From: Octopus vulgaris | Lineage: Eukaryota | Direction: 5' to 3' | DNA length: 64,000 nucleotides | Assembly: GCA_951406725.2 (NCBI GenBank) | Contig: OX597835.1 | Span: 23,064,001 to 23,128,000, forward strand | Shown: in pieces, positions 25,554 through 36,170 of the stretch | How the letters are laid out: every line of letters starts with the position of its first letter | Numbering within the stretch: position 1 is the first letter of the stretch | Notes under the pieces: model-generated | Database searches by the model: none | Seen by the model: the letters and a program-made list of their open reading frames with translations, nothing else | Told to the model about the DNA's origin: nothing | Made by a program: the position numbers and the translations under genes

Positions 25554-26276
25554 GGCATAACACAGATTTATAAGTAGTTAAGCTATTGACTGGGCAATAG
25601 CTTAACTACTTATATACCCACCCACCTCATTTCGTTGCCTCATAACTGCCAGAAAAAATGGATACTTTTTAACGAAATTTTCAACAAATACCGCTTATAT
25701 GCTATAGATTGAGAGTATATAGAGAGTAATGGGAAAGAATTTTTCCGAGGGGGTGGGAAGACCATATAAGTTGTAATGTCTCCGTTTTGACGGAGATTTC
25801 CCCAATTTTTTTTCACCACAGCGCTTGAAACGATTGCAGGGTGGGCATCTTTTTATGAAAAAAAAAAGTTTTGAATTTTTTTTAATATTCCCCTCCCTCC
25901 CACTCCGGACCGGTTTTGGCCCTTTTTTTTTTTTTTTTTGCACTTAAAAATCATGAAAAGAGCTTTTTCGGGGGAAAAAAATTGTAACTATTTTCTGAGG
26001 AAAAGGTGTGTTATTCAAGAACAATTTAGCTGTTGTTTCCAGCAAATCCTAAGACCACCTTCCAATATTTTTCTCTCATTAAACACATTTAATGGAATAA
26101 TGATGCCAAAGTAACACACGCGATAAGCTACAAGAACATTCTTTCCCATAAATCCATACATACTCTCAATCTACGGCATTTAAGCAGAATTTGTTGAAAT
26201 TTTCGTTAAAAAGTATCCATTTTTCTGGAAGTTATGAGACAAAAATGTAGGGTAGGTATTCAACTGTAGTTATGCC
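25554..26276. mobile_element. MITE with long (about 150-190 bp) TIRs in SPAG17 intron 1
   Basis: GGCATAAC.. start and ..CTGTAGTTATGCC end; 25610-25745 is the reverse complement of 26138-26260. Confidence 0.7.
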
Positions 26277-26786
26277 TATATATATATGTTGTGGGAGGGA
26301 AACCGTTTTGTGTGACGAAAACAGAACGGAAAATAACTTTTAAAAGTTCTTCCAAGTTTTTATGAAAACTGTCAACAAGAAAAAAATGTGTTGAAAAACT
26401 TGTTTAATCTTGTTTTCAACACTATATATATATATATATATATTTAGCAGAAGCAACAGGGCTAGTTTGATAAATGCTAACACAAATGGAACAAGAGACG
26501 GACTGTTGAACGACGTGAAAGGTTACAAGGGAACAATTCAAAGGGTGACAGACAAAATGCAAAAATACAAAATTTAAGAAGTTGTGCACAATAAACTGTA
26601 AGCTGAAAAAAAGGGAAGATGGTAAAAGAAATAAGCAGTCGTTTCAGGTGAACCCTTTTATCAAATAGTGAGAAAAGAAGCAAGAAAAATATATAAAACT
26701 GCGCGTGTGTATGAATTCGTGTTTCTCAAAGAATATAATAGATACACAGAACGAGGAAAAAAATAACCGAAACAGGATAAACAAAC

Positions 26787-26870
26787 CTCATGCAGCTGTT
26801 CCCTAGCAAGACTTTGTTCCCATTTCGCTGTAGCGTGTCCATTAGCATACTTTCCCATTTTCTTAGACAT
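26787..26870 (-). CDS. SPAG17: SPAG17/PF6 (axonemal central-pair protein) coding exon 1
   Basis: ATG; MSKKMGKYANGHATAKWEQSLAREQLHE resembles the SPAG17 N-terminus (KIWEPSL motif); donor GTTTGT, phase 0; X-box 68 bp upstream. Confidence 0.85.
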
Positions 26871-26937
26871 TGTGTCACCCTGAGGTTGGCGAAGTTATAA
26901 AGTTCTGTCTCTCAATTCATGACCACACAACGCTGCC

Positions 26938-26950
26938 GTTACTAGGAAAC
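26938..26950. promoter_or_regulatory. RFX X-box in SPAG17 promoter
   Basis: GTTACTAGGAAAC fits the X-box consensus; 68 bp upstream of a motile-cilium gene ATG in CpG-retaining sequence. Confidence 0.75.
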
Positions 26951-27016
26951 GGGGTACGCTATAATTAGTGTCACGCAACCAACTATGGAACGTCAAACGT
27001 ACAATAAATAACTTTC

Positions 27017-28443
27017 GCATAACGACATAACTGCAGATACGTGCCTCTTCCTGATATTTCTTCTTTTTTTGTCCTAACTTTCTGAAAAATGCATATTTTT
27101 TAATGAAATTTTCCAGAGATACATTTTAGATGGTGTAGATAAGGGTTATATCAGAATTCGTTGTGAGAGGGGAGAGGAGTTTCGGATAATTCACATACCT
27201 TGATGTTTCCTCATAATTTTCTGAAACATTTCAGACGGTGTTGATAACGGTTATGTCGGAATTTAATGTGAAAAAAAAATGGGTTGGTGTCGGATAATTC
27301 ACATATCTCGATTTTGTTTCTCGTATATTTTGATAAGGTGTCTTAATTATCCGTCCCACTATTTTTGTCTCATCAAATTCGATAAATTGTAATCTAGACC
27401 ACAGCTTCCCAACAATCCGGCCGTAGAACACTTGGTACCGAACTGCACAGAAAGAATAAATTTTTAAATCTTTATTTCTATTTTATTGATTCTCGCAGTC
27501 TACAGGGGGTGCTTTTGCTTTATATATGACTCATATATGTAATATTTATTTATTATATATGTAATAATTAAATTTATATTATGCACGTAATCGTGTTTTG
27601 TTATGCGCTTGATGCCCCGGTCCATGCTGCAAAAATAAGCTGGAAATCGCTCTGTTTCACACCATTTAAAATGTATCTAAGGAAATTTTCATTAAAAACG
27701 TGCATTTTTCAGTAAGTTATGATCAAACAAAATTGAATGGAGGCACAGATCTGTAGTTATGATCAAACAAAATTGAATGGAGGCACAGATCTGTAGTTAT
27801 GATCAAACAAAATTGAATGGAGGCACAGATCTGTAGTTATGATCAAACAAAATTGAACGGAGGCACAGATCTGTAGTTATGATCAAACAAAATTGAATGG
27901 AGGCACAGATCTGTAGTTATGATCAAACAAAATTGAATGGAGGCACAGATCTGTAGTTATGATCAAACAAAATTGAACGGAGGCACAGATCTGTAGTTAT
28001 GATCAAACAAAATTGAATGGAGGCACAGATCTGTAGTTATGATCAAACAAAATTGAATGGAGGCACAGATCTGTAGTTATGATCAAACAAAATTGAATGG
28101 AGGCACAGATCTGTAGTTATGATCAAACAAAATTGAACGGAGGCACAGATCTGTAGTTATGATCAAACAAAATTGAATGGAGGCACAGATCTGTAGTTAT
28201 GATCAAACAAAATTGAATGGAGGCACAGATCTGTAGTTATGATCAAACAAAATTGAATGGAGGCACAGATCTGTAGTTATGATCAAACAAAATTGAATGG
28301 AGGCACAGATCTGTAGTTATGATCAAACAAAATTGAACGGAGGCACAGATCTGTAGTTATGATCAAACAAAATTGAATGGAGGCATTTTTCAGCAAGTTA
28401 TGATCAAACAAAATTGAACGGAAGCACAGATCTGTAGTTATGC
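27017..28443. mobile_element. Related MITE in the SPAG17/MECR intergenic region with a tandemly amplified right end
   Basis: Left end CATAACTGCAGATACGTGCCTC..TGAAAAATGCA..TAATGAAATTTT is inverted relative to the right end ..GCACAGATCTGTAGTTATGC. Confidence 0.65.
27715..28435. repeat. 40-bp minisatellite, about 17.5 near-identical units
   Basis: Unit AGTTATGATCAAACAAAATTGAA(T/C)GGAGGCACAGATCTGT; no spacers. Confidence 0.97.
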
Positions 28444-29700
28444 TCTTGTAGCTAATCCGTTTCAAATACGACAACCACTCAGCTTTCACACTTCAAAACC
28501 AAAACAAAGTAGAAAGTCACAGCTGCGCCAATGCGTTTTTGGTTGGTTATATTGATATTTAGCGCTTGGGTCAGCTATTGCTTGGCAGAAGATCTACGAT
28601 GGAAAGCTTTCCAGCTTAGATCACAGTTATTAAATTTTTTTTCTTTTACTCAACAGCATGTCAGATTGAACTTTCTTGAACTTTCTTTTATCTTGAACTA
28701 GTTTCAGCCATTAAACTACGGCCGTGCTGGGGCACCGCCTTGAAGGGTTAAGTCGAACAAATCGCGAAGTTACGTTGGCATAAACAAATCAAGCTTAGTT
28801 GACAAGCGATGGTATGAGGTGGGGCACAAACTCACACATGTACACGACAGATTTCAACACTGTTCCCGTCCGCCAAATTCACTCACACTTGGTCGGTCCG
28901 GGCTGTAGTAGAAGAGATACTTGCCCAAGGTGTCGCAAAGTGGGACTGAACCAGAAACCACGTGATTGCAAAACGAAATTCTTAATCACGGGGCCATGCC
29001 GGTGTTTTTTTGTTTGGCATTATTTATCTATTTATTTATTTATTTGTTTATTTATTCAGATAGTGTGTCGTTAAGGAAATTTGGCTGTTATTTCTAGCGT
29101 GTCAAGTGACTGCTTATTTACTGATAAATTTACTAGGGCAGGGGAGATTTTAGCTTCAACGATATAGAAATCATGATGCACCACTGATATGATGCGAAGT
29201 GCTTTCCATTCTGAAGGTTGAACTACCAAAAGCTGACAAGCTTCAAAAAACAAATTTTTTTTAAATAAAAAGGCGAAGGAGTGGCTGAGTGGTAAGATGT
29301 TTTACTTCCAGCTACATGGTTTCGGGTTCAGTCCCACTGCGTGGCACCTTGAGTAGATTTCTTCTGCTATAACTCTAGGCTGACCAAAAGCCTTGTGAGT
29401 CGATTTGCTAAACGGAAACTAAAAGAAACCCGTCGTATATATATGTGTGTGTGTGTGTTTATCCCCTACCGCCGTTTAACAACCGGTGTTGGTTTGTTTA
29501 CATCTCTTTGACTTAGCGGTTCAGTGAAAAGAAGTTGATAGAGTAAGTACCAGGCTTTAAAAGAAACGGTAAATTTTTTGAGTCACTCAAAAAATTTACC
29601 GTTTAGGGTGATGCCCCAGCATGGCCGCACACTAACGACTGCAACAACATAAAAGACGAAGTTTACGAAGGGAGATAACTCTTATATTACTTCTTTGAAC

Positions 29701-30822
29701 ATGGCGGCTTCGGTATTGAGAAACCTGGTCCGGGTCAGTATTATTCCCAATTACTCGATAATCCGGCATTCTTGTTCACGTTTATTCTCTAGTAATGCAC
29801 GAACATCGTTTGCCGTCGTTTACGAACAGAATGGAGATCCTAAAACGGTATTGAAAAGTAAGGAGCATCCATTGCCCTCTAAAATCAAGGACAACGAAAT
29901 TTTGGTGAAAATGTTGATGTCACCTATTAACCCAGCGGACATCAATATGATTGAAGGAACGTACATGATAAAACCACCACTTCCTGCTATCGCTGGAAAT
30001 GAAGGTGTCGGTGAGGTGGTGGAAACCGGTGATAACGTTAAAAAGTTTAAACCTGGAGACTGGATCCTCCCTCTGAAAACAGGTTCTGGTACATGGCAAA
30101 CACATGCAGTCTACGGTGAATCCGACGTACAGAAGATCCCGAACGACATCCCGCCCTTAGTAGCAGCTACCATCGCTGTTAATCCTTGTACTGCTTATAG
30201 AATGATGAAAGATTTCGTCAAACTCGAACCTGGCGACGTGATTATTCAAAATGGTGCTAACAGTGGAGTTGGTCAAGCTGTTATTCAGTTGGCCTCCGCA
30301 TGGGGGCTTCGGACCGTCAACATAGTTCGAACGAGACCTGACATCGATGTACTAACTGCGGACCTGAAATCACAAGGTGCTACCCATGTTGTCACTGAGG
30401 AATTCTGTCGTACTCCTGATATGAAAACTTTGATTAAGGATCTTGGCAAAGCACCGAAATTGGGCTTTAACTGCGTTGGCGGAAAAGCGGCCACCGAACT
30501 ACTTCGAAACCTCGCCCCTAACGGTTACATGGTTACCTATGGAGGTATGTCTAAACAACCAGTTACTGTTCCTACTGGGGTGTTTATTTTTAAATCCTTA
30601 AAGCTGGTTGGTTTTTGGATGAGCCAGTGGAATACTGACAATTTCAACACACCCCAGAAAACCGAAATGATGCTAGACCTTTGTCATCTGGCACGCCAGT
30701 CTAAACTATTAGCGCCGATTTCTGACCTGGTTCCTATCACATCCTTTGATAAAGCAATTGCTGAGGCTCTCAGGGGATTTAGCAAGAAACAAATTCTGGT
30801 TATGGATAAAACTTTATTGTGA
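29701..30822 (+). CDS. MECR: Mitochondrial enoyl-[ACP] reductase / trans-2-enoyl-CoA reductase (MDR family), single coding exon, 373 aa
   Basis: Uninterrupted ORF from ATGGCG; Arg/Ser-rich mitochondrial presequence; SPINPADINMIEGTY (catalytic Tyr), GNEGVGEV, NPCTAYRM, QNGANSGVGQAVIQ (NADPH binding), VTYGGMSKQP, GFW. Confidence 0.97.
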   Translation: MAASVLRNLVRVSIIPNYSIIRHSCSRLFSSNARTSFAVVYEQNGDPKTVLKSKEHPLPSKIKDNEILVKMLMSPINPADINMIEGTYMIKPPLPAIAGNEGVGEVVETGDNVKKFKPGDWILPLKTGSGTWQTHAVYGESDVQKIPNDIPPLVAATIAVNPCTAYRMMKDFVKLEPGDVIIQNGANSGVGQAVIQLASAWGLRTVNIVRTRPDIDVLTADLKSQGATHVVTEEFCRTPDMKTLIKDLGKAPKLGFNCVGGKAATELLRNLAPNGYMVTYGGMSKQPVTVPTGVFIFKSLKLVGFWMSQWNTDNFNTPQKTEMMLDLCHLARQSKLLAPISDLVPITSFDKAIAEALRGFSKKQILVMDKTLL

Positions 30823-31596
30823 TCTAAATAGCTTAATGGAAGGACCAATATATTTTAAAGACTTACGTAAAACTTTTCTTTTAATTAAAACACTTGAATG
30901 CTATAACAATTATCTCGTGCAATTAATGCAATAGGTAAAGCTTTAAACATTTTAAAAATATATTATGTATATATAAATATCTTTGCACAATATATATTTG
31001 TAAAAATATTGCATATTTATGTTTTTTATTTGGAATTGCAACGAGTGTTGTAGACTAGATTCCCACTAAGCTTACATACATTTCCATTCCTTGTTTAATC
31101 TAATAATTCTTCAACAATATGATGATGTTGACAAAGTACCTAAATTTCATCTGGAAGGTTAAAAAAAATATTCAAGTTTTTATAGCAAAACAGTAATTTG
31201 ATGAATGTTTGACTGTTTGCAACAAAGGTTCTGTTATCATTGCCATCCTGTTTCATCAAAGTATCAGGTGATGATCTTAGGAATGCTTAGGTCCCTGCAG
31301 TGCGGTAATGCTTGACAACAGGTATTGGTTTGTTCATGTCTCTGTTATTCAGCAGTTTAGCAAACAGAGTCTCATAGGGTAATTACCAGGCTTTCAGAAG
31401 AAAACAAGAGTTCAGGTGTCAATTCTTTCAAGTAAAACCCTTCAAAGTGGTACTCCAGCATGGCCATAGTCAAATGACTGAAACAAATAAAAGATATATA
31501 CACACTCATGTATGTATATATGCATATATATATATAAAAACTTGAATTTTTTTTTAACCTTCCAGATGAATTTTAGGTACTTTATATATATATATA

Positions 31597-31807
31597 CAGT
31601 AACCCCTTGCCATATCGTGGTTCACCTATTGTACCCTCAGTACATCGCAGATTTTTCTGGTTAATATATGTAAATTTATATCGCAGACTCCGTAGTATAT
31701 CTGGGTTTCTGCAGCTGATAAGTATAAGTATTTATATTCCTTTAGGATTATATTATTTCTGTTGGAGGTTTTGGAACGTAACACCTGTGATAGTCAAGGG
31801 ATTACTG
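31597..31807. mobile_element. Tigger/pogo-like MITE
   Basis: TIRs CAGTAACCCCTTG / CAAGGGATTACTG after TA. Confidence 0.6.
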
Positions 31808-32541
31808 TGCGTGTTGTGTGGTAAGTAGCTTGCTTACCAACCACATGGTCAAGGGTTCAGTCCTACTGCATGGCACCTAGAATAAGTGTCTTCTACTATA
31901 GCCTCAGGCCGACTAAAACCTTGTGAGTGGATTTGGTAGATGGAAACTGGAAGAAGCCCATCATGTGTGTGTCTGTGTTTGTCCCCCCAACATCGCTTGA
32001 CAACCAATGCTTGTCTGTTTATGTCCCTGTAACTTAGCAGTTTGGCAAAAGAGACCGATAAAATAAGTACTAGGCTTACAAAGTATAAGCAATGGGGTCG
32101 AGTTGCTCGATTAAAGGCGGTGCTCCAGCATGGCCGCAGTCAAATGACTGAAACAAGTAAGAGTATATATATATATATATATATATATATGACAGCTTCT
32201 GTGCAGTGTCCATCTACCAAATTTCATTCACAACATCAGTGGCATGGAGAGGGGAGGCTGGCATACATGGATGACTGCTAGTCCTTTATAAACCACTTTA
32301 CCCAGACTTGTGCCTAGGAGAGGAACTTTCTAGGTGCACCCCATGGTCGTTCATGACTGAAGCGAGTCTTCTTCCAGTTTGGTTCTTCAATTAGCTAATA
32401 ATTTGATTTGATATTTAATAGGATATTTACTTTTAAAGACTAAAATTTAAAGGAGCAATTAACCAAAATTTTAAAAAATTGTACTGTTCTAAACAGGGGA
32501 GTTATCGGCTCCATAAGGAGAACATGGGGTCAAACAACACC

Positions 32542-32976
32542 AACCATGGTTCATGGTCTCAAAAATTTGTCCTACGAAGAAAGGCTGAGGACACTCGACC
32601 TTTATTCTCTTGAAAAACGCCGCCGCCGTGGTGATCTCATTCTCGCCCACAACATCATAAGCGGAAAGTGTAACCTCTCGAAAGAGCTGTTCTTCACTCC
32701 TGCTCCAGAGCGTCGGCTGCGGGGTCATTCCGAAAAGCTCTACCTGCGACGATTTCATCTCAATCGAAGGAGAGGAGCTTTCTCCGTCCGGGTTGCGGAT
32801 CCGTGGAACAAGCTGCCAGACGAGATGGTGAAGACGCCGACGACCGCTTTGTTCAAAGCCTCCCTTGACCTCAAGTGGCCTGAACTCTTTACATGAACAC
32901 CACCCTGTACTTAACTCCATGTCCCCCTACATGGCCTTGCTATTTGCTTTTGAGCCAAATTAACTAACTAACTAAC
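32542..32976 (+). mobile_element. Young CR1/L2-clade LINE 3' end
   Basis: GLKNLSYEERLRTLDLYSLEKRRRRGDLI..LRGHSEKL..FSVRVADPWNKLP..FKASLD; (TAAC)n tail; CpGs intact. Confidence 0.9.
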
Positions 32977-33175
32977 ATATCTGTAGAACTATTTCAACTT
33001 TTGATATGAATGATAAAAGACAAGCAATTAACCTAGAAATAGAACAATTTTATTATTCCTCAATCTCATACAGCATTTGGTTACCAACTTGATTCTGAAA
33101 GATACAAATTTTTTCCCTTATTTATTCATTTATTAATATTATTATTTGTAACATTATCATTATTCTTTTATTACA

Positions 33176-33222
<47 letters not shown>

Positions 33223-33393
33223 CCGAGTAAACACATAAATGTGAAACAAGGTAGAAAAAGAGTACTCAAATACCAGTGGTAGAGTAATATGCTTTATTTA
33301 AAAATATAGAAAATTCAACAAAATCTGTTAAATACCAGTGAGTTTTATTTAAAGTTGCAGAATCAGACAGTTTTTGCTAGTTTTTGCTAAAAA

Positions 33394-33431
33394 CTGTCTG
33401 ATGAACGGCAACGAGAAACTCAGAGTAACAG
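33394..33431 (+). ncRNA. Minimal type I hammerhead ribozyme
   Basis: CUGU-CUGAUGA-aCG(GCAA)CGa-GAAA-CUCAGAG-UA-ACAG; all core residues present. Confidence 0.65.
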
Positions 33432-33464
33432 ATTTTGTTGAATTTTCTGCTGCTTTAAATAAAG

Positions 33465-33496
<32 letters not shown>

Positions 33497-33592
33497 TAAT
33501 CCAAACAAGAAAACAAAAACAAAAAAACAACAACACAAGGACATGGAACAAAAAGTATTATTGGATGCTCAGGAAAGAAGGGAAGAAGGAGG

Positions 33593-33627
33593 GTTTGACG
33601 TTTCGAGCGGAGCTCTTCATCGGAAAC
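33593..33627 (-). ncRNA. Minimal hammerhead ribozyme variant (CCGAUGA core)
   Basis: Minus strand GUUU-CCGAUGA-aGAGC(UCC)GCUC-GAAA-C-GUC-AAAC; palindromic ACGU stem III. Confidence 0.55.
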
Positions 33628-33682
33628 ATAGGAGAAGGAAGACAGGGGAAGAAAAAAAAATCGCTAGTGATACAGACAAGGT

Positions 33683-33736
<54 letters not shown>

Positions 33737-33737
33737 C

Positions 33738-33883
33738 ACAGTCATGGCCAAAAGTTTGGAACATAGGTCTAAAAATTAGAATTTTAATATTAAATGCCCA
33801 AAGTTATATTTGGTCAGAACATATATTGGGCATCACAATTTTAATTTTTTTTTAAATGTTCCAAACTTTTGGCCACAACTCTG
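33738..33883. mobile_element. Tc1-like MITE
   Basis: TIRs CAGTCATGGCCAAAAGTTTGGAACA / TGTTCCAAACTTTTGGCCACAACTCTG. Confidence 0.65.
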
Positions 33884-33891
33884 TGTGTGTG

Positions 33892-33928
<37 letters not shown>

Positions 33929-35589
33929 GAGAGAGAGAGATAGACAGACAGATATTAGAAAACATGAGTTCAAAAAGAACAATTCAAACTTTTGCGGGGG
34001 GCCAGAAAGAAAGAAAGAATGATTTCTAATAAAGATTCATCATATTCATAAGAATCAGCCAGAGCAAGTAATAGGAATATGAAAATAATATTTGAGGAGA
34101 TTCATTATAGATATAAAAATATACCAAAGCTGCAAAGACATCACAAAAATTGTTCCCATTCCCTTCTGTTAGATATTTGGAAGAAATATTACAACAAATA
34201 TTAACAAGAAAGGTAACAAATATAAAAAAAAAATGGAACATTTTCTCCACAAATGTGCTTAGTCTTTTAATGTTCTGTGTGAGTAACTGATTATAGTTAC
34301 CAGTAATTACTATATAACCATTGATATTATTATCCATTATAAACACCAACAGCCCACAAAGAAGGTTGTCTATAGACGCTCAACCTGCTAGAAATAGCAG
34401 CCAAATATTCTTCAAATTACAGAATCTTTGAAAAATGTAAGGAAACATTAGAAAATGTTCTGGATATGGTCATGCTTGGAATCCCTCTGATTAGAGGCCT
34501 TTTTGATCAGGGTTGGCTTGGAACTAAATAATAACTAATGGCAACCAATATTAAATACTATAGCTACAAACACTAATGTAGCCACCAATACCAGAACCTG
34601 TTAGAAATAGCAGCTAAATCTCCTTCATACTTCATCCTACCAAATCAGGAAAACAAATAACACATTGGATGAAGTGGTCTGTGGTCACAGCTGAAAAGTT
34701 TTCGATTATAAGCCTGCTTGGCCAAAGCTGACCTGGAGCTAAACAACAAAAACAACTATAGATGTCAATACTAACTTTCATGGACACTATACCTGCTAGA
34801 AATAGCAATCAATTATCCCTCGAATCCAATGACCATCCAATCTTTTTTTTTTTTTTTGAAAAGCATCTAGGACTTCACTATAACTATTGTAACTATGACA
34901 ACCACAGTTCCCACTACCATTGTAACTATGACAACCACAATTCCTCCTTACCACTGTAACTATGACAACCACCACTAAGTCTGTTGCTGGTGGTATTGCC
35001 TTATCATTGTTGAAACCCAGGTCAGTCCTGACCGAATAGGCCTATAAGAAAAGGCATTCCAGATATGACCATCATGTCTTTTTTTTTTCAGGTGTTATAT
35101 ATTTAAGACATTACATCATGATCCACTTTGCCTTTTATTTTAAAACAGTAGGTTGTAATTTAAAGATTGGAGCACTATTTCTAGCAAGTTAAGTGACTAC
35201 ATAGAGGCTCCCACATCTGCTCAGTCACATTGTTGTGATGGTGACAGAAGGAGTATTGTAAGATGAGTCACAATGATGGAAACTACAAATCTTAGTACTG
35301 ATATGGCGATGGAAGCAACAGTGTCAAGAAATGACACTGTAATCATAAAATTTAGTGTCATATGGTAAAATAATTTGCAGGGGCTGTTCTAGGATATCTA
35401 ATTGATTAGTTATAGATAATTATGAAAATATTATTAACTATGAAGTATAGAAAGAAATCATTGAAGCACTCCACCCCCAAGTAGTGAGATTCAGTCATAA
35501 AGTTTGATCACAATGCAAAATGTTATCTTAAGTAGAAAAGATACAGCTAATCTTTAATCTGGGATTAGTATGTGGGATGTGAGTGGGGG

Positions 35590-36170
35590 CAAATCTTAGG
35601 CTAAAAATCCAAGTTATGATTGATCTTAAGCTAAAATCCAAGGTATGATTGATCTTAAGCTAAAATCCAAGGTATGACTGATCTTAAGCTAAGATCCAAA
35701 GCATGATTGGATCTTAAGCTAAAGATCCACAGTATGATTGATTTTTGGGAAAGATCCAAAATATGATTGACCGTCAGCTAAATATCCAAGGCATGATTGG
35801 TATTTTTGGTTAAAGAACCTAGGTATGATTGATCTTCAGCTAAAGATCCAAAGTATGATTGATCTTATGCTAAAGATCCAAGATATGATTGATCTTAGAC
35901 TAAAGATCCAAGATGTGATTGATCTTAGACTAAAGATCCAATGTATGACTGATCTTATGCTAAAGATCCAAGATATGATTGATCTTAGACTAAAGATCCA
36001 AGATATGATTGATCTTAGACTAAAGATCCAAAGTATGATTGATCTGAGACTAAAGATCCAAGATATGATTGATCTTAGACTAAAGATCCAATGTATGACT
36101 GATCTTCTGCTAAAGATACAAGGAATGGTAGGTCTTTTGGTTAAAGATCCTAGGTATGATTTATCTTAGG
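35590..36170. repeat. 30-bp tandem array, about 19 units
   Basis: Unit ATGATTGATCTTAGACTAAAGATCCAAGAT, homogeneous core with degenerate edges. Confidence 0.93.

Larger units (their letters stand above)
33221..33690. mobile_element. Two Penelope-like pLTR remnants embedded in (TA)n tracts
   Basis: Hammerhead motifs; inverted arms 33288-33330 / 33426-33468; TA microsatellite flanks. Confidence 0.55.

Noticed and set aside
26636-26668. Hammerhead on the SPAG17 sense strand in intron 1
   Set aside because: The core is degenerate (TTGATAA) and there is no NUH triplet after GAAAC; at best a dead remnant
27715-28435. CRISPR-like array
   Set aside because: Units are contiguous with no unique spacers, there are no cas genes, the context is eukaryotic and the unit derives from a MITE end
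29695-29700. TTG start for MECR from the ORF track
   Set aside because: Eukaryotic gene; the ATG at 29701 has good context (AACATGG) and gives the expected length
35825-36169. 114-aa ORF of MIDLRLKIQD repeats resembling an LRR or coiled coil
   Set aside because: A by-product of a stop-free 30-bp unit, antisense to the OSCP1 3' region; flanking units are frameshifted
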